Below are positions 13,208 to 25,400 of a stretch of 64,000 bases of DNA, piece by piece. Position 1 is the stretch's first letter, and every line of letters begins with the position of its first letter. The stretch is from Laetmonice hystrix. Taxonomy: Eukaryota. The stretch lies in assembly GCA_965235115.1 (NCBI GenBank), contig OZ249436.1:43030001-43094000 (forward strand), read 5' to 3'. The notes under the pieces were generated by a model. That model saw only the letters and a program-made list of their open reading frames with translations, did no database searches and was not told where the DNA came from. Position numbers and translations under genes: made by a program.

Positions 13208-13377
13208 CAGTGATGTAGCCAGGAATTAGTGAAAGGGGGGGGGGCGTAATTTTTTTAAGGAAAATCTGACAAGCAAAAAAGGGTCTTTAACAATGCAAAA
13301 AGAAAAAGAAAAAAAAGAGGCCAAACGAAGGGGGGGGGGGCGTACGCCGGGTACGCCCTATGGTGGCTACGTCACTG
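13208..13377. mobile_element. Short MITE with CAGTGA(T/C)GTAGCCA TIRs
   Basis: TIRs CAGTGATGTAGCCA ... TGGCTACGTCACTG with internal G-runs. The TSD is imperfect (TAATC/TAACC). Confidence 0.55.
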
Positions 13378-13671
13378 TAACCTAACGACAATTTGGTCGG
13401 CATTTATTTGGGAGTTTATTCAGTTGCAGGGAGGAAACATTAGGTGGACCTCTGTTTTGAATAATATGCTTTTGTATGAAACACCTATTGATGTAAAGCA
13501 AGTAGCAGTTCGACCTCCTCGTCCTCATTTTAAATCATCGATGTATCGATATGTTCACGCGACCTATGAAAGTTACCGTACTGAAGTTGGACAAAGATAT
13601 ATCATGGATTAAAATAAACCAGTGCCTAGTTTAGCCTTCAAAGCTGGAGAGGATGATAAATAATCTACAGA

Positions 13672-14020
13672 TGTAACACTGTAAACCTTCATAAATGATA
13701 ACTATATAAGTAATACTGTAAACCTTCATAAATGATAACTATATATGTAACACTGTAAACCTTCATAAATAGTAACTATTATGTAACACTGTAAACCTTC
13801 ATAAATGATAACTATATATGTAACACTGTAAACCTTCATAAATGATAACTATATATGTAACACTGTAAACCTTCATAAATGATAACTATATAAGTAACAC
13901 TGTAAACCTTCATAAATGATAACTATATACAGTATGTAATACTGTAAACCTTCGTAAATGATAACTATATATGTAATACTGTAAACCTTCGTAAATGATA
14001 ACTATGTAATGTTGTAAACC
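13672..14020. repeat. About 37-bp minisatellite GTAACACTGTAAACCTTCATAAATGATAACTATATAT
   Basis: Tandem repeats seen directly, about 9 units. Confidence 0.95.
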
Positions 14021-15457
14021 ATCATCATTAATATGCATGATATCGGAGTAGTCTAACCAGCTCCCGCCAGCACACCACGTTAGCCAATCAGCAGGGGTGC
14101 TACTAATTAACATCCCAAGCCAACGCGGGACAAGAAAGACGCGGAGAGAGATACGATAGTGACGTGCAGAGTGCAGTGCTGGTGTGTGAGCTGGGTGCCT
14201 TGTGTACGACCTGAGTACCCAATAAAACTGCAATATTCTAACTGCCAATCTGTGGACTTTACTATCTCACGATCTGAACTCCCTAATATCACCGAAGGCT
14301 TAAACAACCACCACAACAAAGTGTCACATCAAACGGAAATAGTTGTATGATGATTTTCATGTTTGTATTTTGTTGAACTACATACACCCAAGGAATCAAA
14401 CTTACCGTTTTCAATCAAAAGATAAGAGGGTTCTGCATGGGCGGATCCAGGGGATGAATTGGGCAGCCACACCTAGTTTACACAACAAAATTGTAATTGT
14501 ATGGGGTAGGCCTACATACCCCAAAAAAGGCACAAAAGGGTTGTGTAGGGGGTGCCTATCCCATTATTTAGGGTGGCCTACCTACAAAATAAATATGTGC
14601 AAAATAAAAGGATGAAGTAGATCCCCTTATGATTGGTCTTACTTGTTTTGATTGTGCTCCAAGCATAAATCAAAAGCACATCAAGTCCCAATCGGGAATC
14701 CTCGGCCAGATCTTCGAAAGTAGCCTCGGGTGAATTGGGCGCCATTTTCAGCATTGCATCGCGGGTACATTGAGCCGGGACTCTCGCCAGCATGGCAGTG
14801 CTTGCAGTATTTTGCCTGCATCAGGCATGGAAGCAACTAAAATAGGCCTCCAGTGCTTCTCCCAAAGTCAGTGGGCAATATTACGATAGTATCATGTTCA
14901 TGATACAAATAGCCCTACCATGTGTCGTGTTGTTGTCGTTCATGGGTGCGGCCATATTGCTTCCCATAATTTGATAAATTACCGTATCACGCCCATTTAG
15001 GTAAATTAGGTGATTCATTTTTCTTCTTCAAACGTTCCCCTTCATACCAGAAATTTATATTTGCACATACGACGCCGGAGCAGCAGGTCTCAATAATGCA
15101 CTACTTCCTGGCTCGATTGGATATGACTGTTCACTCACTGCCTCGCTACACAGGTCCATCTCGTCATGTATCTGGTTGCCTTAATGGCCACCAATTCACC
15201 CGAGGGTATTTTCCAATAGCAGGAAGTGACGTCAAATGCCCGAGGGAATCCCGAATGGTCAAGTCCCAGAGGAATCATAGCGTAGAAACGGGTTCGTTCA
15301 TACATGGGGCCAGTGGATATTTCTTAAAGTCTGTTCCTTTTGTCCAGTTAAATCTCTACATGCTGAAGAGGTCCTACTACTCCCGCGCCACAAAACGGGC
15401 TTCTGATTGGCTGGCCTTTACCAGACCAGCCAATCCGAAGCCTGTTAATGTACTTAA

Positions 15458-16072
15458 GGACAAGTGCCTAGTGTGAGGCCAAAAATTTTTTTTGAGACAG
15501 ATTTTTTTTAAATTTTGCAGATAAACAGAGTATGTTGTCCTCTTTCAAAATTCAGCAAAAAAATGACACCTCACTGGGTTACTTTTTTTGTTAAGAGCGT
15601 TTGAAATTGATATGTTCGTCATGTTAATTACTAATTACTGTTTAAAATTTTTTTTTTTTTTTTTTTTTTTACCATTTCTATTTGTCATAATGGTCTCCAA
15701 GTTATAGAAGTGGTAAAAAAAAAAAAAAAGTTTGATTTTGAACATTTTCACTTTTTGCTCATTTACGCCAGGGAAAATGTTCAAAGTCAAAATTTTTTTT
15801 TTCTCTTTTTTATTTTTTTATTTTTTTTTAATCACTTCTATTTGTCATAACACCGTTCTGACAAAAAAAAGTAAAAAAAAAAAAAAAATTGCAAACTGTA
15901 TTCATTAACATGAAGAAAATACCAACTTCAAACGCTCCTAACAAAAAAACTAAGCCGGTGAGGTATCATTTTTTTGCTGAATTTTGAAAGAGGACAACAT
16001 ACTCTGTTTATCTGCAAAATTTTAAAAAAATCTGTCTCAAACAAATTTTTGGCCTCACACTAGCACTTGTCC
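15458..16072. mobile_element. Long-TIR foldback MITE with TTAA TSD (Kolobok-like)
   Basis: TTAA at 15454-15457 and 16073-16076. GGACAAGTGC(C)TAGTGTGAGGCC is inversely repeated, and the symmetry extends through most of the element. Empty TTAA site at 7431-7434 in copy A. Confidence 0.9.
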
Positions 16073-17002
16073 TTAAGTAAGCATTACTCAAGTGGAACTC
16101 TCCTAGGCCTTCGCGCTGGCCGCTTATCACCCGGAATTTTATAATTTATTAGGGGCAGCCACTTCGTCAGCAATTCGTAGGCACGCATATATGATTATTA
16201 ATGTTGCTTATTTCACTACAAGGTATTTACAAGGCAGTGTGCTATTGTATCTCTATTTATAAATTAATAAAAAAAACTTATGGTGAGGTAGAGTATGTTT
16301 AAAATAAAGTTTACACAACCAAACTTCAGCAAACTAAACTCTTTTATGTTAGGTATAAAATAGCCAAGGCACAATAAGTTTGATTGAGTAGTTTAGAAGT
16401 AATTAAACTTTAAAAGTATCAAATACTGTACATTTAAACCTAGTACATGTACAACTTAATTGCCCCCGCCCACCCCCGCTGCTGTTGCCAGAAATAGTCC
16501 CCTATTCATAGCGGCACGAAGGTCATTCTCAGGCCAGTTACTGTTGTGGCCAGCAGCCAGTCGGATGTTTTGTTTACAACAGAAGACGTTCTCGGCCTGT
16601 AAACCAACCAACCTCGTGCCAGGTCACGTCACGCATCGCCTGCCTCACGCTGTCACGTGATTTATGCGGGGGGTCCTCGGCTCTAGATTATACATTCGTC
16701 CAGTCCGTTGATATAATCTTGGTGACACAACTTCATCGAATTTATGTAAACTATTTTTGTTTTACTTTACGGATTCAATCACATGTTACACCTTAATCCT
16801 TTGTTGCTGTTGGACAGAGTTGACGTCAGGTGGGTGGGACTTGGGTGGGCGGGGGTGGATTTCGTAACGGCTTGGTCACGGATGGCGTCACAATTTGCAT
16901 AGCAACACTTGACCTGTAGGCCTACAGTCACCTGGAGACTTAAAGCTCGCCTTCTTATTGTACAGCGTGTATTTACGGTGAACGTAGCGGACACGGGGAA
17001 AC

Positions 17003-20000
17003 ATGGACAGGTAAGGCTGGCGATTTATGTTTGTGACAATAGACCTATATAATATTTCATTGAGAGATGGGTGCCCATTTCCCTAACGCGACATCTTGGC
17101 GACATTCCCTAATGGGGTGGGCCGGGGAGGGACATTTTAGTGGAACACTAAAATTGAGGATGTCGCGGAGAAGTGACCGTTAATGAAACGGGCCCCTGGT
17201 GAAATCTTGCTTGCCTCATCGCTCGATGTCCCGCGGTACAATCACACTATAGTATCCGTGATGGTACAATCACACTATAGTATCCGTGATGGTACAATCA
17301 CACTATAGTATCCGTGATGGTACAATCACACTATAGTATCCGTGATGGTGCAATCACACTATAGTATCCGTGATGGTGCACTCACACTATAGTATCCGTG
17401 ATGGTACAATCACACTATAGTATCCGTGATGGTGCAATCACACTATAGTATCCGTGATGGTACAATCACACTATAGTATCCGTGATGGTGCAATCACACT
17501 AGTATCCGTGATGGTGCAATCACACTAGTATCCGTGATGGTGCAATCACACTATAGTATCCGTGATGGTGCAATCACACTATAGTATCCGTGATGGTGCA
17601 ATCACACTAGTATCCGTGATGGTGCAATCACACTATAGTAGCCGTGATGGTGCAATCACACTATAGTATCCGTGATGGTGCAATCACACTAGTATCCGTG
17701 ATGGTGCAATCACACTATAGTAGCCGTGATGGTACAATCACACTATAGTATCCGTGATGGTGCAATCACACTATAGTATCCGTGATGGTACAATCACACT
17801 ATAGTATCCGTGATGGTGCAATCACACTAGTATCCGTGATGGTGCAATCACACTAGTATCCGTGATAGTGCAATCACACTATAGTATCCGTGATGGTGCA
17901 ATCACACTATAGTATCCGTGATGGTGCAATCACACTATAGTATCCGTGATGGTGCAATCACACTAGTATCCAAGGGTAAGGATTAAATAGTGTAAAGTTT
18001 GCAAGAAGTACTTTCTCATGCGCTGATTGGCTCGAGTTATGAAACAGCAATTCAGTGATCGCCTGGGGAGTTTTATCACTTTGAGGTTCTTCATGTCAAA
18101 ACATGTCAACAACACGCAGAGAAAGTAGACAAATACATGTCCAACGGTTTACTTTGACGTTGGTTTTGTTTGGGACACTTACTTGTTCGTTTGGGGAGTA
18201 AGACTTGGGAAATAAATAGCTCGTGGCCAATCAGCGCACGTCTTTCAAAAATACAGAGAAAACTGTAAGACCCGGTTTTTAAATGTTTTTCGCCTTGCTC
18301 TGTCTGAGCCGTCTCTTTCTGTTTGTGCAACAGGGAAGAATCTAAAGAAGAAAAGAGAGACACTCAGTGGTGGTACCAACGGCATGATGTTCTCGTGTTC
18401 ATCATAGGACATGTTTTTATCGGAGTCATCATAGCAGCCATCGTTGTGTTAGGTAAGACCAATCAAATAACATCATAGCAGCCATTGTTGTGTTAGGTAA
18501 GACCAATCAAATAACACCATAGGAGCCATCGTTGTGTTAGGTAAGACCAATCAAATAACACCATAGCAGCCATCGTTGTGTTAGGTAAGACCAATCAAAT
18601 AACATCATAGCAGCCATCGTTGTGTTAGGTAAGACCAATCAAATAACACCATAGCAGCCATCGTTGTGTTAGGTAAGACCAATCAAATAACACCATAGCA
18701 GCCATCGTTGTGTTAGGTAAGACCAATCAAATAACACCATAGCAGCCATCGTTGTGTTAGGTAAGACCAATCAAATAACACCATAGCAGCCATCGTTGTG
18801 TTAGGTAAGACCAATCAAATAACACCATAGCAGCCATCGTTGTGTTAGGTAAGACCAATCAAATAACACCATAGCAGCCATCGTTGTGTTAGGTAAGACC
18901 AATCAAAAAACATCATAGCAGCCATTGTTGTGTTAGGTAAGACCAATCAAATAACATCATAGCAGCCATTGTTGTGTTAGGTAAGACCAATCAAATAACA
19001 CCATAGCAGCCATTGTTGTGTTAGGTAAGACCAATCAAATAACACCATAGCAGCCATTGTTGTTAGCTCAGGCCAATCAAATAACATAGCAGCCATCGTT
19101 GTTCGGTAAGACCAATCAAATGACATGATAGCAGCCAGGTCTGTTTAGGTAAGACAAATCATATGACGTCATAGCAGCCATCATTGTTAGCTAAGACCAG
19201 TCAAATGACAGAAGCCATGGTTGTGTTACGTAAGAAACATTAAATGACATAATTGCAGCCATCGTTGTGTTAGGCATTGCTGTTAGGTGGTGTTGGTTTT
19301 ATTTTATGTAAACCTTTTTTCTTTCTTTCCTTTTTAATTCCAAAACTACGCAATTTATAGTTTGTTCTGTCTTACAGGAATGTGGCGCCAATGGGACGCT
19401 CCGTCAGGATGGACGCACAACGTCACGCTGACGTCACGCAACCGTTTTCTCCCGGAGCCCAGCGTTCCCGACCCGTTTCCGCACGTTCGTGGTCGGCTTG
19501 GTGTCGACGCGTCAAGTCGATGGTATTACTGGAAGCTACGTCCTGAACTGGCGTCCGTTTGGTCGACCGTGTTCGTCTGGCTATGTTACTTGAGTCACCA
19601 GCTCTCGATCTGGATGGTAACCTACCTGGCTCAGCTACACAAGGCGAGGTCCACGGAACCCAAGTATACCACCAAACTCAACAAATACAACTGGATATGC
19701 CTGGCCCTGAACATGTTCTTCCATGTGCTTCACGTAATTCAGACCCACACAACCTATGACGGACTGGCACCGGAGTTAACGGTTACAACGCCGCAGTCGT
19801 CCGCCATCATGCTCTTCATCTGGGTGCTAGTATTGGAATACTCCGAAAGGGGGCTCCTCTTCTACTGGCCAACCTCCCAGGACACGGGGAAGTGGAGTCG
19901 ACGGTTCCGTCTCAACCTGAAGCCTGTTTACCTCGCGAGGAAGTATCACTCATACATGTTTGGGTGGGCTGCCATCCATACAGTTTGGTACCATCCGATG

Positions 20001-20900
20001 GAGAACACCTATGGGCACATCCTTGGGTTCTACCACACATGGCTCTTCCTGCTTCAAGGGTCACTCATGTACACGAAGCTACACCAGAACCGCTGGCTGC
20101 GACTGTTTCAGGAAGTTTGGGTCGGTGTACATGGCGGACTGGTAGCACTACAGACTGGTGGACCAGATCTAAACGGCACCAAGCTCTGGCCAATGTTCAC
20201 GTTTGGGGCCTTCTTTATGCTGGTGTTCACTTGGATCTTCATTCTTCCATTCTGGGCCAAGGTTCCGGCTTGGACGCGAGGTGCCCCGTTGGTTGTCTTC
20301 ATCGCATGTGCCGTTGGGGCCTACTCCCAGATACCTGATTCTTCAGGGCGTTACTACGTTCGCCTCCAAGAAGTCATTCGGTTCCCTTTAATATTTTATT
20401 TTGGATTCCTGGTCGCCTACATCGTGCTCTACTTGTTCTCCTGGGTTGATGAGAAGGTTCACGGTGGAAGTACGCCGCCGGAAACAGTCAGCGCCACCAA
20501 GCGGGCGTTGTATATAACCGGCTTCTTCTTTGTCTACGCCATCATGGTGGCTGTATCATCCATTATTCAGGTACTCGATCTTCAACTATCCATGTTTATA
20601 TCTATGGCACTTTTACTAGTTGTCTACACTCTTGGATCTGCTCTCGGCATGCTCTTCATCAAACGGATCATTCCGCGGAGAAAAATGGCGCCTAAGGTGG
20701 AGATAACAGGAAGCAAGCTGCAGAAAGTAGTCCCGGTAGAGGTCGTCTCGCCAGAGGACGGCAAGACGGGGTTAGCGCCCCCTGGTGTACAGGCTGTGAA
20801 CGGTGAGGTGAAGGAAACTTTAGAGAACAAGCTAAGTGAGAGGTCCACAAATTCTCCAAGCCCTGACGACCTAAACGGTTTGCCAAACGTTGAACCATAA
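17003..20900 (+). CDS. Uncharacterised His-rich multi-pass membrane protein, copy B, intact, 549 aa, 3 coding exons
   Basis: Exons 17003-17010 (ATGGACAG|gtaag), 18334-18452 (EESKEEKR...GVIIAAIVVL G|gtaag) and 19378-20900 (ttacag|GA ATG TGG). Phases are consistent, 1650 nt in total. Many hydrophobic segments and about 12 His in motifs such as FFHVLHVIQTHTTYDGLA, RKYHSY, WYHPM, GHILGF and VHGG. Confidence 0.85.
17239..17971. repeat. 28-bp minisatellite (intron 1, copy B; longer than in copy A)
   Basis: Same unit as 9165-9634, about 26 units. Confidence 0.95.
18427..19275. repeat. 44-bp donor-containing minisatellite (copy B) with a degenerate tail
   Basis: Same unit as 10078-10529. Units decay after about 19060. 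Confidence 0.95.
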
Positions 20901-20917
20901 TCTGAAGCTCTAATCCT

Positions 20918-20999
20918 CGGACGACGTTTCAGTCGGACGACGTTTCAGTCGGACGACGTTTCAGTCGGACGACGTTTCAGTCGGACGACGTTTCAGTCG
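20918..20999. repeat. 16-bp tandem repeat CGGACGACGTTTCAGT x5 in the putative 3' UTR
   Basis: Seen directly. Confidence 0.9.
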
Positions 21000-21066
21000 C
21001 ACCTACTGGGCGGAGAGGAGATGCGACGGTTCCGGCGACTCTCAACACTTAAACCACAAGTCCAGC

Positions 21067-21167
21067 CTGGGCCCAATTCCTAAAAACTTAAGATTTTGCT
21101 TAAGCTTACGGCTTTAATGAGAAACCTTAAGCAAGCTTAAACTTAAGTTTTTAGAAACTGGGCCCAG
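21067..21167. mobile_element. Short palindromic MITE (Harbinger-like GGGCCC termini)
   Basis: CTGGGCCCAATTCCTAAAAACTTAAG ... CTTAAGTTTTTAGAAACTGGGCCCAG. A related copy lies at about 60708-60840. Confidence 0.6.
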
Positions 21168-22133
21168 CTATTCAGACTTGGTCAAGAGCATTTAAAAAAT
21201 GGGCCAAGAACTCCTGGGCTTTCATCCCCTTGACTCTAACGCGATGTTGTAAGGCCCATGCCGACTGGGCCCGGCTTCCCATTGCTGGCCAATGGGGAGC
21301 CCGGTTACAGTTGGTTTTGGACAACGACAACAGTTGGTTTTGGCCCTGGGCCAGCCGCGGTCGATGCACCAGCTTATACAAGAGTTCTTGGTTTGGTATT
21401 GCAAAGGACTACTCGGACTATGCGTTGTCTGAAGCACATGTCGGGGAGCGTGACTGACCCCGAACACGTGGTACTACAGCTTGTGTAACTTGTCTCAGCT
21501 GAGCACATGACAGGAAACGTGCGAACCACACCTGTCAGATGTGGGCGGGAGATATCTGGCACCCTGCCCCTCGCCATATAATCTACACAATGAATCCCGC
21601 TAACAATGCGAACTGTGGTGGACTGCTGCTGGTGAACGGGTTTCTGGCACCCTGCCCCTCGCCATATAATCTACACAATGAACACTGCGAACTGTGGTGG
21701 CCTGTCGGTGACACAGAACAGAAATAGTTTCATGATGATATTCATGTTTGGGGTTTCTTGAATTACACCTATACACCAAAGGAATCAAACTTACCTTTTT
21801 CTATTAAAACTATTGCAGTAGAGATGACAGGGTTCCGGTGACAAATACGGGGGGGGGGGGGGTAGCAAAAAAATTTGTACGAATCAATAAAGCGATTCTC
21901 ACCGAACGTTTTCCCCTGATATTTTAGTGAATTCTTGCACACTTTCATAACATGTCAATAATGTTATTTTCAAAAATCGATCGCTTCGTTTAGTCCGGCC
22001 GCGTTTTAACAGGGAGAAAACTGATTCAGAACAACTCTGATTCATTCATTTTTAAAACATTTTGTATGAAACAAAAAAGTATAAAAATGCAGTACACGAT
22101 GAGCTGTACGATTTAGATGGGACGAGCGGTCTA

Positions 22134-22439
22134 TAGGACGTTTCTCTGCGCAGTGTCGTATGTAGCTCTCACTGGTTTTGTAGGACCTTTCTCTGCGCAG
22201 TGACGTAGGTAGCTCTAACTGGTTTTGTAGGACCTTTCTCTGTGCAGTGACGTAGGTAGTTCTAACTGGTTTTGTAGGACCTTTCTCTGCGCAGTGACGT
22301 ATGTAACTCGCACTGGTTTTGTAGGACTTTTCTCTGCGCAGTGACGTAGGTAGTTCTAACTGGTTTTGTAGGACAGTTTTCTCACTGGTTTTGTAGGACC
22401 TTTCTCTGTGTAGTGACGTAGGTAGCTCTCACTGGTTTT
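22134..22439. repeat. 47-bp minisatellite directly after the calpain stop codon (3' UTR)
   Basis: Unit GTAGGACCTTTCTCTGCGCAGTGACGTAGGTAGCTCTAACTGGTTTT, about 6 units. Confidence 0.9.
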
Positions 22440-22443
22440 CCAT

Positions 22444-25400
22444 TCACCAGACAACGTGGTAGGACCTAGAACAAACGATACTGTACTCTCACTGTCATCG
22501 CTGTAGTAAAACTGTATAGCATAGCCTCTTGGCGGCGAATGTTACAAGTAAAAGATACGATGAAAGGGGCACTGCTGTACGCAGGTTGTGACGGGGGGAG
22601 CTGAATTAATGGTTACGTACGTGCAGTTAACGTTGGGACGCGTCACGAGCGTCATCATGTACGTCTTTTCATCGGTCGTCTGCTCGGTGAAGAGGATGAT
22701 GACGTAAGCGCCTGGTTCGAGGACGTAGCGCCCTCTACAGGTCCAGCCCTGAACAAACACTGGTCGATCGCCATCCTCGTCACGTGATGCGCAGTGGTCC
22801 AACGCACTTCGCGGAGTCTCGCTGCTGATGGGCACCACTAAACCCGGGGTCGATAACTAGAGGGAGGTTAAAACTAGTCAGTCCAAACAAAAACTGCCAA
22901 CCTCAAAAGAAAAAAAATTAGAAGAAAGAAAGATAAGAAGAAAGAAACAACGAAAGAAACAAAGAAAGAAACAACGAAAGAAACAAGGCAAGAAACAAAG
23001 AGAGAACCTCACACAGCTAATTTATATAAAACTGTGTGATAATTGTCCCGGTGAGGTTTTATCATTTCACTTTTGATCATCAGAATCATTTCTCCCCTCC
23101 GTACAGATTATAATTAGGTTTAGGTTCTGGGAGAGATTACTGACCCGATACACGACGATGCCCATAGGTATCATAGGTTCTCGAACCTGTTGACGGAGAC
23201 ATATCTCCACCGAGGTCTCCTCATCTCCTGGAGTCAAGCAGGACGCAACATTTCCTGAATCAGTTAATCGTGTGCTACTTACAATACCCCCCTCCATAAC
23301 CGTACTGGCCAGAGCTAGCACGGTACAATCACTGTCTGCACATTCCAAGTTTACACACTGAGTCTTATATTCTGCCCCAGCTCACCAGCGGCAAACTTAA
23401 GGGCGAGACACACCGCGGACGGAACGACTGACGACCAGCGACCAACGATAACGACCCGAAAAATAGACCCCACCAGGGGTGGAAATTAGGGGAAATCACC
23501 TACTAGCCAGCAGGGCTAGTTAAGTAGAAATTTAACTAGCCCTGCTGTAAATGAACTAGCCAGCAGGGCGAGTTCAGGTGAAGGGTTACTCGCCCTCCAC
23601 GTGATCACTGCCCGGCCATTCAACCCACAGAAATCTGTACAGTCGAAGGTGCTGCCTTGTGGCTATAGGCCTAGAAGGTCTGGAATTGGGCAACTGGAGA
23701 ACTTAGAACCTACTGAACATTCTAAGTTATCTGCCCGGTAGTATCATGACTGCCATTGTGGGGGCAGGCGATTGCAGGAAAAAAATCACTCGCCCAATAA
23801 TTTTAGACAAATCGCCAGCAGGGCGACCTGAATGGTCAGACAAGGTCGCCCAACAGAGGTTTAACTCGCCACGGGCGAGCGGGCGAGCGTTAATTTCCAC
23901 CCCTGCCCCACCGTCTGTACATACAGGCGGCGCACACCGCGAGCGCAGCGACTGACGATAAAGAGGACGACTGCAGCAAATAGAAACCATTCCTATTTTT
24001 CGACGACAACGACCGGCGACCCGAACCGTTCACCAATGAGCGTGCAGGAAAACAGGACAATCAGAACATTGTAGGTCACAGTCCACTCCGGAGGAGAGAC
24101 ATGGACACCACGGAGCAAATCGTTCACAAAATCGTGCTATAAATCCGACAGGGATTGTAGGGACACCGAACTGAAAGAGAGACTATGGATGAAAATATCA
24201 GATGAGGTGAACATTGCCGGTAGATATTCTGCCCTAATTTTGTGGAAATATGCGTCACTATCAGTAGAACCTGCACCTATCTCTGTTACTAAAAGATGAA
24301 AAGACATAGGCCACATACAAATCTATGGTAGACTCAGATCCCCGAAACTATATATGTGGCCGAATACGCCGTTTGTTGTCATTTTCTATTAACATGACAA
24401 TGAGCACTGTACTATCTGATGAAACAGATGGACATAAAGAAAAAATGGGAAAGTTCACCAAGAGTCTCTAGGCAGAGGTACATGGTACTATTCATGCCGA
24501 TGCATATAGGACCAACATAATAAAGATAGAATGGGAAAGTTCACCATGGTCTCTAGGCAGAGGTATATAGGCCTACATGGTAGGCTACTATTCATGCCGA
24601 TGCATATAGGCCCAACATTATAATTTCTATATTACAGTATAGGCCTAGATGAAGTAAAGAAGAAGTGGAAAATTTGAGGGGTGCGTATGTCTGAAGGAAA
24701 GTATAACAGCAAAGCAAAGAGCGGGGATTGGGCAAAGAGCAGGAGGAGGAGTAGTCTTCTCTTCTTAAAGGTGTTCGGCGCCATCTTCCAAGGCTCTCGC
24801 GAAATGACCCTCGGTGAACCCACTACGGTCGTTGGTCGCCCACAAAAACGCGGTCGTCGGTCGTCCACAAAAACGCGGTCGTTCTCAGTGTGCGCGGGTC
24901 AGAGTCGTCGGTCGTCCAGTCGTCCTGTCGCCGGTCGTCAGTCGTTCCGCCCGCGGTGTGTCTCGCCCTTTACTTAGCAAATGATGACTGTGAAGTTCCA
25001 CTCAGAGACACCAGGTGTCGCGCGACCACCTGCGTACATGAGCTGCGCCTTCCCGTAATGTCAAAATGCCGGTCAGGGACAATCTACCCTAAACCCGACT
25101 GTATCCGGGCAACATGACTGGCATCGAACTATTCAGTGTTTCTAATGGGACCGACGTGTGAGGGAGGGGCTGTGTAGGGGGTCCATACCCCATAGAAAGG
25201 GTTTGTGTAGGGGGTACATACCCCATTATTCAGGGTGCCCTACCTGTGAGAGAGGGGTTGTGAAAGGGGTACATACCCCATTATTCAGGGTGTCCTACCT
25301 GTGAGAGAGGGGTTGTGAAGGGGGTACATACCCCATTATTCAGGGTGCCCTACCTGTGAGAGAGGGGTTGTGTATGGGGTACATACCCCATTATTCAGGG

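Larger units (their letters stand above)
5159..14420. repeat. Segmental duplication, copy A
   Basis: Colinear matches with copy B: 5159 TTTTGACTGTGCTCCAAGC vs 14646 TTTTGATTGTGCTCCAAGC, and 14340-14420 vs 21722-21810. Both copies share the gene and two minisatellites. The left boundary is hidden by the Helentron-like array. Confidence 0.9.
14646..21810. repeat. Segmental duplication, copy B
   Basis: Colinear with copy A (see that entry). Confidence 0.9.

Noticed and set aside
14578..14793. Minus-strand exon-like segment MAPNSPEATFEDLAED... with a gtaag donor
   Set aside because: No recognisable homology, partly deleted in copy A, and cannot be joined into a gene model.
17960..17985. Strong donor-like CAAGG|GTAAG after the 28-bp array in copy B (deleted in copy A)
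   Set aside because: The frame needed to join exon 2 has an upstream TGA and no ATG. ATGGACAG|gtaag at 17003 fits the phase and is present in both copies.
9165..19275. 28-44-bp repeats as possible CRISPR arrays
   Set aside because: Head-to-tail units with no unique spacers, no cas genes, and a spliced eukaryotic context. The same applies to all other arrays in the window.
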